A stretch of DNA of 64,000 nt from NCBI GenBank assembly GCA_036012755.1, contig DASCPX010000179.1, positions 64,001 to 128,000 on the forward strand. The letters run 5' to 3'. Both the position numbers and the translations under genes were made by a program. Below, piece by piece: positions 1-9,655 of this stretch; within the stretch, counting starts at the first letter, position 1, and the number at the start of each line of letters is the position of its first letter. The notes under the pieces were generated by a model. The model was not told the DNA's origin. It saw nothing but the letters and a program-made list of their open reading frames with translations, and made no database searches. The DNA is from Myxococcota bacterium. GTDB taxonomy: Bacteria; Myxococcota_A; UBA796; CAJQPC01.

Positions 1-2
1 AC

Positions 3-395
3 CTGAGGGCGCGCTCTGCTGCCGGAGGTGGCCCTCCGTTCGCGGCCCCCTGCGCCCCATTGGCGGTCTGCCTGAGCGCGAAGTCCTCGATGGGTCTGGC
101 AGCTGGAGGCTCGATGCGTCAGAAGATCTACCCCGACCCCCACAAGGCGAACGTCTGGGACATCGGGCGCGCGACCCGCTGCTTCGTCCACATCGTGGAC
201 TCGCTGCAGTGGACCCGAATCACAGGCGAGGAGATGCCCCCGACCCCGGTGTCCGTCCAGGCCTACCGAGACGCGGGCTTCCCCTGGTACGAGCTCTACG
301 ACGAGCACTGCAAGACCTTGGAGGGAGAGAAGAAGCTGAAGGACGTAAAGTCCCTCGGCGAGCTCATTGGAACGGTGCGGGACGGGCTCTGGTAG
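3..395 (+). CDS. Conserved hypothetical protein, 3' part (5' end outside window)
   Basis: Frame is open from the window edge. MGLAAGGSMRQKIYPDP...RCFVHI...W..ITGE..P.TP....Y..AGFPWY resembles a conserved uncharacterised C-terminal motif. Confidence 0.6.
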   Translation: MRARSAAGGGPPFAAPCAPLAVCLSAKSSMGLAAGGSMRQKIYPDPHKANVWDIGRATRCFVHIVDSLQWTRITGEEMPPTPVSVQAYRDAGFPWYELYDEHCKTLEGEKKLKDVKSLGELIGTVRDGLW

Positions 396-424
396 TGAAA
401 CGGTAGAGTCCCGGCGGAGGTGAG

Positions 425-889
425 ATGCTCCTGATCCTCGGAATCGCTTGCAAGGGTTGCGGCTCGAGTCCAGAAGAGGTCGTCTACGAGGGCGACTGGA
501 CCGAGCCCACCTGGGACTTCCTCGAGGGCCTGGAGCTGCCAGAGGGCGACGAGGGTCTCGTCCTCGCCCAGACCGACGGGGTCGAGCTGATCCTCGACCC
601 CGACAAGCGGGACCCGGCCGTGTCCGCCGCCCAGTGCCTGACGACCGTGATGGTCTGCCACGACCCAGAGCTCCGCAACATCAGGGGCTGCCTCGAGAAC
701 GTGCCCCACTGCGAGACCAGGACCCCCTGGGAGGACGGCTCGCCCTGGTGCTGTCCGGAAGAGTGCGTGGATGCCTACCTCGAGCTGCGCGCCGCCGGAG
801 AGAGCGAAATCGACGCGCTGACCGACGCGATCTACACGGTGCCCGGCTCCTGCGCCTACGGCTTCGACGACCACGTGGAGGCCCTGTGA
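425..889 (+). CDS. Cys-rich putative lipoprotein
   Basis: GGAGG RBS, MLLILGIAC lipobox-like start, multiple Cys. Stop overlaps the next GTG (GTGA). Confidence 0.7.
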   Translation: MLLILGIACKGCGSSPEEVVYEGDWTEPTWDFLEGLELPEGDEGLVLAQTDGVELILDPDKRDPAVSAAQCLTTVMVCHDPELRNIRGCLENVPHCETRTPWEDGSPWCCPEECVDAYLELRAAGESEIDALTDAIYTVPGSCAYGFDDHVEAL

Positions 890-3777
890 TCCTGCTGCTG
901 GTCCCCACCGCCGTCGCCTGGGACTCCCACTGCTACGAGGACGATGGCTTCGCGAACACCACCTGCAAGGACGCCTACTCCAACGCGCGCTCAGTCTGGA
1001 TCGGTGGCAGCTACCACGAGCACGCACAGATCTGGAAGAAGGCCCGGGAGATGGCTGGCCTGCCCGCAGAGCTCGACGAGGACTTCCAGCTCGACACCTA
1101 CTCCGAGGGAGAGGACATCGTCTCGGAGAAGTCGGCCATCGAGTACGTCGGCCTGACACCCGTCTTGATCCAGCCCTCGCACAAGGGCTCGCGGATCACG
1201 TCGATCCCAGCGATGACGCAGCTCCCCGACTTCAGCTACTCGCTGTGGGACTGGGTCACGGGGAACGAGCACTGCCCGCCAGAGGACTCCTGGAACACAG
1301 AGGCCTGCCACGACTACGCGACCCACCAGGGGCCGCTGAACTCCAGCCACTTCCTCCCCCAGGCCCAGGAGTACTGGGACTACTACCACAGCCTCGCGCT
1401 CCAGCGCGCCGAGACCTGCGGTGAGCTGGCGGACGACCTCGGCGACGACTCAGAGCGGCTCGAGGACTGGCTCCTGGCCTGCGAGCAGGAGGCGATGGTG
1501 CTCGAGGCCATCGCCCAGCACTTCCTGCAGGACGCCTTCTCGATGGGCCACACCTGGGCTCGCTGGGGGTCGGTGGAGGCCGAGGACTTCCAGGACTCGA
1601 TGGCGGATGGACTCGTGCTCGCCGCCATCGCGGGCATGGTGCACGGCTCGAAGTCGGTCATGCAGATCCACCCGGTGCTCGGTTCGTGGGACGACCCGAT
1701 GTGCGCCCCGCCTCCAGCCGGCCAGAACGTGGAGTGGGTCGACCCGCTCACCGGCGACAACACCCACGCCATCGGCGATCTCTTCCTCGAGAGCCAGATG
1801 TGGGGAGAGGGCGGCTACGAGGTCCAGGAGGAGGCGATGCTGGCCTGCTCCGTCAACTCGATGCGCGAGGTCTACGAGAAGACCGGCCAGGTCCACGACG
1901 AGCTCCAGCCAGCCGACTCCAGCCTGCCCCTGTCCGACCGCGACCCCTCCACCGATGCGTGCTGGGGCCAGCTCGCGACAAACGAGAGCGTGCTCACCGG
2001 CTGGGGCCTCCACCAGGGCCAGTGGCCCGACACGGCCCACGAGACGAACGAAGCGCTCATCGCCAACCTCATGTGGCCAGCGCTCTTGAGCACCGCCTAC
2101 GTCGGCTACGACCACTACCAGGAAAAGACCGTCCCCACCAAGCTGGACAAGTTCGCCATCACGCTGCACCTGCTGGAGATCAGCGCGGTCGGCGCCAAGA
2201 TCGCCTGGTACGGGACGACGGACGAGCACGGCACGAAGGTCGCCTCGGGCGAAGACCTCCCGAGCCTCCTCGGCATGGAGCCGAACGACGCCTACGTGCA
2301 CGGCACCATCGGGAACCAGGCCTCGACGAAGCTGGCCACCTCCGCCGACCCGCCGCTGCCGTGGAGCCACGACTCCGAGGAGCTCGACGAGCGCTCCCTG
2401 GCGCTGGGCTTCGCGGACGCCCACGCGGCCGAGCGCTGCGAGTCGATGACCCGCGTCGAGCTCTTGAACTACCAGGCGGACGCTGGCGACTCCTACGATC
2501 TCAAGAGCGACGACTTCCCGGCGCTCTGCGGTATCTGCGCCCAGATGGTGGAGCCCCACCTGCGCCTCGGCGAGGACGCCGACGACTACGACACGGACAA
2601 CGAGCCCCTGTGCGGCGTGGTCGCCGAGGACGCCGAGTTCGTGTACTCCGACGAGACCGGTCTCTACCTCCAGGACGTCACGGAGCTCTCGCGAGCCGCC
2701 TTGAACTGGTGCGGCTGCGGCTGGGACGACGGCCTCGTCCTCTCCGGCTTCGACGCGGCCTGGTACGCCTTCGACGGCACGACGGGCGCCGAGCTCGGGA
2801 CCTGCCCGGCGGGCGTCGACGACCCGGACCTCGGTCCGACCTGGCGCAACGACATCGAGCCCGTGATGGGCCTCGTCGACGGCTTCGCGGTGGCCTACCC
2901 GTGGCTGGACGAGATCCGGTTCTTCGGGGACACCTGCGACGCGGACGACGAGACGTCCGTCTTCCTCGACGGCGACGAGGGCCCCTGGGCGATGGCCATC
3001 ACCAGCGATCTACAGCACCTCGTCGTGGGCACGCGCAACCCCGACGAGCCCTGCGATCCCGGGACCTTGCAGGCCATCGACCTCGACACCCACGAGGTCG
3101 TCGGCGCGATCAGCACGGCTCAGGGCGTAGCGGACATCGCGGTGGTCGACGACGGGCTCTACGTCATGGCGACGCTCTACGGGGGCGACGGCTGCTCGAG
3201 CGGCATCATCAACAGCGTCGTGACGAACCAGCTGACCGCCGGGACCGCCGTGATCGACAACACGAGCGCGGGGGGCACCTGCTTGAACGATCCAGGCCGC
3301 ATCGACGCGACCCCCGACGGCAACTGGGTCGCATGGACCGCCGGCGGCAGCTGCGGGCGGGTGAACCTCCGCCGTCACGCCGGTGAGCTGGTGGACTTCG
3401 TCCTCGAGTCCGATGTCGGCACCGACTGGGACACCCCCACCGACGTGGCCATCATCCAGGACTCCGAAACGCTCTTCCGCGTGCTCGTGTTGACCGAGTG
3501 GGTGAGCGAGGGCCGCTGCAGCGACAACACGAACCTCTGCGGCTCCCTGCGCCTGCTCACGGTGGATGGGAGCACTGGCGGCTACGTGGTCGGGAACGAG
3601 ATGGCGCTGAAACACATGGCCCCCAACGGGGTCGCCGTGAACGAAGACGGCACCCGCGCCTACGTCACCTTCGCCGGGAGCTCCGAGGTCCAGGTCTTCG
3701 ACGTGACCAGCGGCCTGTCCAAGGCCGGGACGTTGAAGTCCGGGCCCTACCCCAGCGCCATCTGGCTCGCCGAGTAG
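886..3777 (+). CDS. Secreted Zn-dependent phospholipase C/P1-nuclease-like protein with C-terminal YVTN-like beta-propeller
   Basis: GTG at 886 is in frame with ORF 448..3777. Signal MILLLVPTAVA|W; motifs HEH, NSSHF, YH..A and HFLQDAFSMGH; C-terminal P.GVAVNEDGTRAYVT...V.VFD propeller blades. Confidence 0.6.
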   Translation: MILLLVPTAVAWDSHCYEDDGFANTTCKDAYSNARSVWIGGSYHEHAQIWKKAREMAGLPAELDEDFQLDTYSEGEDIVSEKSAIEYVGLTPVLIQPSHKGSRITSIPAMTQLPDFSYSLWDWVTGNEHCPPEDSWNTEACHDYATHQGPLNSSHFLPQAQEYWDYYHSLALQRAETCGELADDLGDDSERLEDWLLACEQEAMVLEAIAQHFLQDAFSMGHTWARWGSVEAEDFQDSMADGLVLAAIAGMVHGSKSVMQIHPVLGSWDDPMCAPPPAGQNVEWVDPLTGDNTHAIGDLFLESQMWGEGGYEVQEEAMLACSVNSMREVYEKTGQVHDELQPADSSLPLSDRDPSTDACWGQLATNESVLTGWGLHQGQWPDTAHETNEALIANLMWPALLSTAYVGYDHYQEKTVPTKLDKFAITLHLLEISAVGAKIAWYGTTDEHGTKVASGEDLPSLLGMEPNDAYVHGTIGNQASTKLATSADPPLPWSHDSEELDERSLALGFADAHAAERCESMTRVELLNYQADAGDSYDLKSDDFPALCGICAQMVEPHLRLGEDADDYDTDNEPLCGVVAEDAEFVYSDETGLYLQDVTELSRAALNWCGCGWDDGLVLSGFDAAWYAFDGTTGAELGTCPAGVDDPDLGPTWRNDIEPVMGLVDGFAVAYPWLDEIRFFGDTCDADDETSVFLDGDEGPWAMAITSDLQHLVVGTRNPDEPCDPGTLQAIDLDTHEVVGAISTAQGVADIAVVDDGLYVMATLYGGDGCSSGIINSVVTNQLTAGTAVIDNTSAGGTCLNDPGRIDATPDGNWVAWTAGGSCGRVNLRRHAGELVDFVLESDVGTDWDTPTDVAIIQDSETLFRVLVLTEWVSEGRCSDNTNLCGSLRLLTVDGSTGGYVVGNEMALKHMAPNGVAVNEDGTRAYVTFAGSSEVQVFDVTSGLSKAGTLKSGPYPSAIWLAE

Positions 3778-3781
3778 CCCC

Positions 3782-4708
3782 TCAGAACGGGAGCTCGCCC
3801 AGGTCGACGTTGCCTCCGCTGAGCACGACCCCGATCCGCTCGATGCCGCCTGGCAGATCGTGGGTGAGCACCGCCGCCAGACTCACGGCGGCAGAGGGCT
3901 CGATGACCAGCTTCATGCGCTCCCAGACCAGGCGCATCGCACACACGATGGCGTCCTCGTCGACGAGCAGCACGTCCTCGACGTGGTCCCGCAAGATGGG
4001 CCAGTTTCGCTCGCCGATGCTCACGAGCAGGCCTTTCGCGATGGTCTTGGGGTTCGGCTCGACGATGCGCCGGGAGGCAGCCTTGGAGCGCGCGGCGTCG
4101 TCGGCTCCACGGGGCTCTGCGGCGAACACCCGCACACCTCGAGCCTGGCCGACCAGCGCGATGCCGCCGACCAGCCCTCCGCCGCCGATGGGGGCGACGA
4201 TGGCGTCGAGGTCAGGGACCTGCTCCAACAGCTCCAGGGCGCAGCTGCCTTGGCCCGCGATGACGTCGTCGTGGTCGAAGGGGGGCACGTAGGTGGCGCC
4301 TGTGTCCTCTGCGATGCGACCGCGGAACTCCAGGCGGCCTGCGAGGGTGGGCGGGCAGAGCACGATCTGGCCGCCGTAGCCCCGGACCGCAGCCTGCTTC
4401 ACATCGGGTGCGTCGCTCGGCATGACCACGGTGCACGGAATGCCCCGAGTCCGGGCGGACCAGGCCAGGGCCTGGCCGAAGTTGCCGGAGCTGTCGGTGA
4501 CCACGCCGGGGGTGTGCTCGGGCAGGCGCAACACGGCGTTGAGCGCCCCGCGCGGCTTGAAGGAGCCGGTCTTCTGGAAGTTCTCGCACTTGAAGAAGAG
4601 CTCGACGCCAGCTCGCTCATCGAGGGTCCCGCAGGTCACCACCGGGGTCGTGTGGAGGTGGGCTCGAGTGCGCTCCCGAGCGGCGAGGACGTCGTCGTAG
4701 GTCGGCAT
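3782..4708 (-). CDS. PLP-dependent serine/threonine dehydratase (serine racemase-like)
   Basis: KCENFQKTGSFKPRGA, SSGNFGQ, PIGGGGL, EPSAA, LSGGNVD. Confidence 0.9.
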   Translation of the reverse strand: MPTYDDVLAARERTRAHLHTTPVVTCGTLDERAGVELFFKCENFQKTGSFKPRGALNAVLRLPEHTPGVVTDSSGNFGQALAWSARTRGIPCTVVMPSDAPDVKQAAVRGYGGQIVLCPPTLAGRLEFRGRIAEDTGATYVPPFDHDDVIAGQGSCALELLEQVPDLDAIVAPIGGGGLVGGIALVGQARGVRVFAAEPRGADDAARSKAASRRIVEPNPKTIAKGLLVSIGERNWPILRDHVEDVLLVDEDAIVCAMRLVWERMKLVIEPSAAVSLAAVLTHDLPGGIERIGVVLSGGNVDLGELPF

Positions 4709-4811
4709 CAGTGGAGATCGTAGAGCCTCGCGGCGTTGTCCCAGGCGACGGGGGCTCGCAGCTCCGGAGCCAGGCTACGACGTACGACGGCGCCGAGGTG
4801 GTGCCTCGGGC

Positions 4812-5531
4812 TCAGGAGCCCGCCTGGTAGCGCTCGACCCAGCGCTCCGAGAGCGCGTCGGCCTGCCGGGACAGGGACGGGGCGGGCAGGGTCGCCGGAG
4901 GTGGCAGCTCGAGGTGCTCCAGGACGCTGCCGAGGGTGGCCTCGAAGTCCTCGACGAGGTCCTCGTAGACCACCTCGTGGACCTCGCCGAGCTCAGCGCG
5001 CCAGGCCGCTTCGGCCCCCTCGATCTGCTCGAGGCAGCGGGCGATGCGAGAGCGCGAATACACAGGCGGGAGCAGGCCCTTCTGCCAGCTGGCCCAGCGG
5101 CCGGTCTGGATGGCCCGAGCCCAGCTCACGGCCTGGGCGAGTCGATCGCGGCGCGTGATCAAGACCCATCGATCGACCGCGAGCAGGTCCCGGAAGCGCT
5201 CGTAGTGGTGGCGGTGGATCTTCAGGCCGAACCAGCCCCCGGAGGAGCGACGAGCGCGGACCTCGGCCAGGTGCTCCTGGATGTCGCCACGAGCCAGCAC
5301 CTGCAATGGCCCCATCAACAGCCGGTAGTGGCGGCGACCGGCGCGCAGGCCCCAGTCCCGGCGCTGCATGGGGTTGAGGTACTCCTTGGGCGCGCCGCAG
5401 AGCCCCGTGTCCCAGAGACCCCGACACAACAGCGTGCTCCCGGTCCGCGGCAGGGAAGCGACGGCGTAGGTGCGCACGTCGCCAGCAGGCGGCAGGTCGA
5501 ACTCGGGGCCGTTCTTCGGATCGAGGAACAC
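4812..5531 (-). CDS. Stf0-family sulfotransferase
   Basis: PRTGSTLL PAPS-binding loop, P.EYLNP, RRDRLAQAVSW.RA.QTG.W, YEDL. Confidence 0.8.
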   Translation of the reverse strand: MFLDPKNGPEFDLPPAGDVRTYAVASLPRTGSTLLCRGLWDTGLCGAPKEYLNPMQRRDWGLRAGRRHYRLLMGPLQVLARGDIQEHLAEVRARRSSGGWFGLKIHRHHYERFRDLLAVDRWVLITRRDRLAQAVSWARAIQTGRWASWQKGLLPPVYSRSRIARCLEQIEGAEAAWRAELGEVHEVVYEDLVEDFEATLGSVLEHLELPPPATLPAPSLSRQADALSERWVERYQAGS

Positions 5532-5539
5532 AGGCTCCC

Positions 5540-6940
5540 CTATCCGGCCCTCCGCCGGCGGCGCATTGCGAGGAGGGCACCGATGGAGCCCACCAGGATG
5601 AGGGTCAGGGCCACAGCCCAGGCCTGGCCCACGGTCACGGGCGGACGGCTCACCCAGGTCGTGCGTGACCCTGCCGTCCAGGCCGCTGCGACCCGCAGGA
5701 TGTCGGCCTCGCTGGCCCGCCAGAGCTGTCGCGGCCTGAGCTCCCGCGCTGGGACCGGAGTGAGCCAGAACCCGGCGATGCGCGAGGCCCGCACCGGGCC
5801 CTCCTCCAGCGAGCGCTCGGCGTGGCCTATGTGCTGGGCGCGCACGCGAGCCAGGCGCTCGGGTTCGAGCTCACCGCTGGAGAGCTCGTCCAGGGCGATG
5901 TGCATCAGCTCCAGCGCCTCGTCCACCTTCTCGTGGTCCAGCTCCGTCCGGATGCACAGGAAGCCCGCGTCCAGCCAGTCCTCGTTCCATGCCGAGACGC
6001 CGTAGACCAGCGCTCGGTCCGTGCGCATGCGCTCGAAGAGCAGGTCCTCGAGGTAGCTCGCGGCGAGCTCGGTGACCCTGTGGTCCGGGTGGGAGCTGCC
6101 CACCGTCGGCGCGGTGATGGCCACCTCGAACTGGTCGTAGACCGCCGGTTGCCAGATGACGTCCTCTGTGGGGGCTCCGGCAGCGCTCGGGGCGCTCGGG
6201 GCGGTCGGAGCCGAGCCCTCCGGGTTGTCGAGGAGGCCGAAGCCCTGCTCGATCCGGGCGAGGGTGGACTCGACCTCGAGTCGCCCGACCAGGACCAGGG
6301 CTGCGTTGTCGGGCCGATAGTGGCGTCCGTAGAAGCCCTCCAGATCCGGCAGTGACATGCCATCGAGGGAGCTGTCCTCTCCGATGTGGGGCACAGGCAG
6401 CATCGTGTCTGGCCAGTAGGCTTCGCTGGCGGCCTCGCGCAGGGACCGCCCGACGCCGGCGTCGTGGACCTGGGTCATCCACCAGCCGTCGCGCCCCCCG
6501 CGCTCCTCGAAGACGACCTCGCGCTCCTTGTCGAGCTCGGCTGGCAGCAGCTCCGGGTGGAAGACCACCTGCTCCAGCCACAACAAGAGCTCCGGCAGGT
6601 GATCCGCGCCCAGCCAGGCGTGGTAGCGCACCGACTCGGCGTAGGTGTAGCCGTTGTAGGAGCCGCCAAGGTCCTCGACCCAGTTGCGCACCCCGCGCTC
6701 GTCCCAGAGCTCCGTCTTCGTGAACAGCATGTGCTCGAGCAGGTGGGAGGCCCCGCTGGTCTCTGGGCTCTCGAAGCGCCCGCCGCCGCGCACGACGACC
6801 AGGCCGAGCACCGAAGTGGAGTCGGCCCGCGGCTGGAGGAAGACCTCGAGCCCGTTGTCGAGGACGACGTGACGAAGCTCGAAGGGAGCCTCGTGGACGA
6901 CCTGGACCTCAGCGGCGACAGCGGTAGCGATGAGCAGCAC
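5540..6940 (-). CDS. M16 (pitrilysin-family) zinc peptidase, exported, C-terminal membrane anchor
   Basis: LDNGL, GASHLLEHMLF (HxxEH), NGYT, EREVV.EE, Y.P.N..L; C-terminal TM followed by RRRR. Confidence 0.85.
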   Translation of the reverse strand: MLLIATAVAAEVQVVHEAPFELRHVVLDNGLEVFLQPRADSTSVLGLVVVRGGGRFESPETSGASHLLEHMLFTKTELWDERGVRNWVEDLGGSYNGYTYAESVRYHAWLGADHLPELLLWLEQVVFHPELLPAELDKEREVVFEERGGRDGWWMTQVHDAGVGRSLREAASEAYWPDTMLPVPHIGEDSSLDGMSLPDLEGFYGRHYRPDNAALVLVGRLEVESTLARIEQGFGLLDNPEGSAPTAPSAPSAAGAPTEDVIWQPAVYDQFEVAITAPTVGSSHPDHRVTELAASYLEDLLFERMRTDRALVYGVSAWNEDWLDAGFLCIRTELDHEKVDEALELMHIALDELSSGELEPERLARVRAQHIGHAERSLEEGPVRASRIAGFWLTPVPARELRPRQLWRASEADILRVAAAWTAGSRTTWVSRPPVTVGQAWAVALTLILVGSIGALLAMRRRRRAG

Positions 6941-6949
6941 CAGCGGAGC

Positions 6950-8956
6950 TTAGATCCGCCCCGCGATCTCCGCTCCCTCCCGAATCGCCCTCTTCGCGTC
7001 CAGCTCTCCAGCCATCCGAGCTCCACCGATCGTGTGGACCTCTACGTCGAGCTCCGCCAGGGTCGCCAATCCACCGGCCTTCACCTGCCCGGCACAGACC
7101 ACGACGTTGTCGACCTCCAGGACGCGCTTTTGGCCGCCCACCGAGATGTGCACGCCTGCGTCGTCGATGCGGTCGTAGACCACCGCGTCGAGCATCTCGA
7201 CGCCGCGCTTGCCGAGCTGGGTGCGATGGATCCAGCCCGTGGTCTTGCCGAGGCCAGCCCCGAGCTTGCCCTTCTTGCGCTGCATCATCACGACCTTGCG
7301 CGGGGGTGGGGGCTGCTGGACCGGCCGCAAGCCCCCGCGCTCGACGTGGTCGTGGTCGATGCCCCACTCCGCCAGGAAGGCCTCGAGCGCAGGTCCTTCG
7401 GTGTGGGTGTGGGTCAGGAACTCCGCGACGTCGAAGCCGATGCCACCAGCCCCGATGATGGCCACGCTCTTGCCGACCGGCGCTCCCTCGAAGACATCTA
7501 CGTAGCTCAGGACCTCTGGGCGCTCGATGCCAGGGAGGCTGGGCTTCCGTGGGCTCACCCCGGTGGCGACGACGACGACGTCGAAGTCCCCGAGGTCCCC
7601 TTCGGTTGCCCTGGTCCCGAGTCTCACCTCGACCCCGGCGTCATCCAGCCGGTTCCGGAAGTAGCGCAGGGTCTCCGCGAACTCCTCCTTGCCCGGGACG
7701 CTCTGGGCCAACCTGAACTGGCCTCCGAGCTCGGCGGTGGCCTCGAAGAGCACGACGTCGTGCCCGCGCTCCGCGGCGACGCTGGCAGCTGACAGCCCCG
7801 CGGGCCCACCACCGACCACGGCGACGCGCCTGGGCTGGCTGGCCGGCTTCGGCGTGCGCTCGGTCTCGTGACAGGCCAGGGGGTTCACGAGGCAGGAGCA
7901 GCGCTTGTTCTGGAAGACGTGGTCGAGGCAGGCCTGGTTGCAGGCGATGCAGGTGTTGATGCGGTCCGCGCGACCCTCGACCGCTTTGTTCACGAAGTCC
8001 GGATCGGCGAGCAGCGGCCTCGCCAAACTCACCATGTCGGCGTCGCCACGGCTGAGCACCTCCTCGCCTGTCTCCGGGGTGTTGATGCGGTTCGAGGTCA
8101 CCAGCGGGACCCCGACCTCGGCCTTGAGCTTGCGGGTCACCCAGGTGAAGGCGGCGCGAGGCACCATCGTCGCGATGGTGGGCACGCGGGCTTCGTGCCA
8201 CCCGATGCCGGTGTTGATGATGCTGACGCCGGCTGCCTCCAGCGCTTTGGCCAGGATGACCACCTCTTCCCAGGTCGAGCCCTCTGGGACGAGGTCGAGC
8301 ATGGACAGCCGGAAGACGATGATGAAGTCCGGACCGACCGCCTCGCGCAGGCGGCGGACGATCTCGATGGGGAAGCGGATGCGGTTTTCGTAGGGCCCAC
8401 CCCACTCGTCCGTCCGCTTGTTCGTGCGGGTGACGATGAACTCGTTGATGAAGTAGCCCTCGCTCCCCATCACCTCGACGCCGTCGTAGCCAGCCTCCTT
8501 GGCGAGCACGCCGCAGCGCACGAAGTCCTCGATCTGGCCCTCGACGCCGCTGGTGGACAGGGCCCGCGGGGTAAACGGCGTGATCGGCGACTTGATGCGG
8601 GAGGGCGCGACCGAGAAGGGGTGGTAGGCGTAGCGGCCCGTGTGGAGGATCTGCATGGCGATGTGACCGCCCGCGGCGTGGACCGCGTCGGTGACCTGCC
8701 GGTGGCGCTTCACCTCTCCCGGGCCCGCCAGCTTCGCGGCGAAGGGCTTGCCCCAGCCGGCCCTGTTCGGCGCGATGCCTCCGGTCACGATGAGCCCGAC
8801 GCTGGCTCGGGCCGCGAAGTAGGCCGCCATGCGGCCGTAGTCCCGCTCCTCTTCCAGGCCGATGTGCATCGAGCCCATCAGCACCCGGTTCTTCAAGGTG
8901 AGGTGGGCGACCTGGAGGGGCTCGAGGAGGTGCGGGTACTCTGAATGACCGTTCAT
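6950..8956 (-). CDS. fadH: NADPH-dependent 2,4-dienoyl-CoA reductase
   Basis: NRVLMGSMH, GYDGVEVMGSEGY, GIGWHEARVPTIAT.VPR, INTCIACNQACLDH, GGGPAG, GKTTGWIHR. Confidence 0.95.
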   Translation of the reverse strand: MNGHSEYPHLLEPLQVAHLTLKNRVLMGSMHIGLEEERDYGRMAAYFAARASVGLIVTGGIAPNRAGWGKPFAAKLAGPGEVKRHRQVTDAVHAAGGHIAMQILHTGRYAYHPFSVAPSRIKSPITPFTPRALSTSGVEGQIEDFVRCGVLAKEAGYDGVEVMGSEGYFINEFIVTRTNKRTDEWGGPYENRIRFPIEIVRRLREAVGPDFIIVFRLSMLDLVPEGSTWEEVVILAKALEAAGVSIINTGIGWHEARVPTIATMVPRAAFTWVTRKLKAEVGVPLVTSNRINTPETGEEVLSRGDADMVSLARPLLADPDFVNKAVEGRADRINTCIACNQACLDHVFQNKRCSCLVNPLACHETERTPKPASQPRRVAVVGGGPAGLSAASVAAERGHDVVLFEATAELGGQFRLAQSVPGKEEFAETLRYFRNRLDDAGVEVRLGTRATEGDLGDFDVVVVATGVSPRKPSLPGIERPEVLSYVDVFEGAPVGKSVAIIGAGGIGFDVAEFLTHTHTEGPALEAFLAEWGIDHDHVERGGLRPVQQPPPPRKVVMMQRKKGKLGAGLGKTTGWIHRTQLGKRGVEMLDAVVYDRIDDAGVHISVGGQKRVLEVDNVVVCAGQVKAGGLATLAELDVEVHTIGGARMAGELDAKRAIREGAEIAGRI

Positions 8957-8958
8957 TC
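8943..8958. promoter_or_regulatory. Inverted repeat GAATGA-ccgt-TCATTC over the fadH start (putative TetR-type operator)
   Basis: Perfect 6-bp arms overlapping the fadH ATG. Confidence 0.4.
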
Positions 8959-9023
8959 GTCAGGCCTAACCCGCCCTGCAAGCCCGGCGAGCTTGCGAGG
9001 GCTCTGACCATCTGATAGACCCG

Positions 9024-9043
9024 TCTCTACCAATTGGTAGAGA
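9024..9043. promoter_or_regulatory. Perfect 20-bp palindrome TCTCTACCAATTGGTAGAGA, putative TetR operator
   Basis: AT-rich perfect palindrome 3 nt before the TetR GTG, in the divergent fadH/tetR intergenic region. Confidence 0.7.
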
Positions 9044-9046
9044 GCT

Positions 9047-9652
9047 GTGAATCAACCGGTAGACGACGTTCGCACCCGCATCCTCCAGGAGGCGACGCGA
9101 CTCTTCGCGGAGCGAGGCAGCTCCACGCCGATCCAGGCGATCGCTGACGCGGCGGGCATCACCAAGCCGACGCTCGTCTACCACTTCGGCAGCAAGAAGG
9201 GCCTCCGCGAGGCCGTCTTCGCCGAGTTCATGAACCACTGGCGAGACGAGCTCCCACGGCTGATGGGCGCCGCCGCCAGCATCGACACCCTGCTCCGTGC
9301 GCTCTTCGACTTCTTCCGGCGAGACCCCTACCGGGCTCGCCTGCTCCTGCGCGAGGCCCTCGATCGTCCAGGCAAGCTCAGGGAGGAGCTGAGGCACTCG
9401 ATCCAGCCCTTCACCGCGCTGTTGACCCAGGCGATCCGCGTCGGCCAGGCCGGCGGCCAGCTGCGCGAGGTCATCGACCCAGAAGCCTACGTCGTGCTGG
9501 TCATCAGCGCGGCGGTCGGGGTCGTGGCCGTGGGCGAGCAGGTCGGCGGCCTCATCGCCCCGGAGCCCACCGTCGACGCCCAGCAGCGAGAGCTCATCCG
9601 AATGGCGCGCACCGCACTCTTGAACCCACCGAGCACCCCCTCGGGAGACTGA
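9047..9652 (+). CDS. TetR/AcrR family regulator
   Basis: RILQEATRLFAERG...IADAAGITKPTLVYHFGSKKGL HTH. Confidence 0.92.
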   Translation: MNQPVDDVRTRILQEATRLFAERGSSTPIQAIADAAGITKPTLVYHFGSKKGLREAVFAEFMNHWRDELPRLMGAAASIDTLLRALFDFFRRDPYRARLLLREALDRPGKLREELRHSIQPFTALLTQAIRVGQAGGQLREVIDPEAYVVLVISAAVGVVAVGEQVGGLIAPEPTVDAQQRELIRMARTALLNPPSTPSGD

Positions 9653-9655
9653 CTC

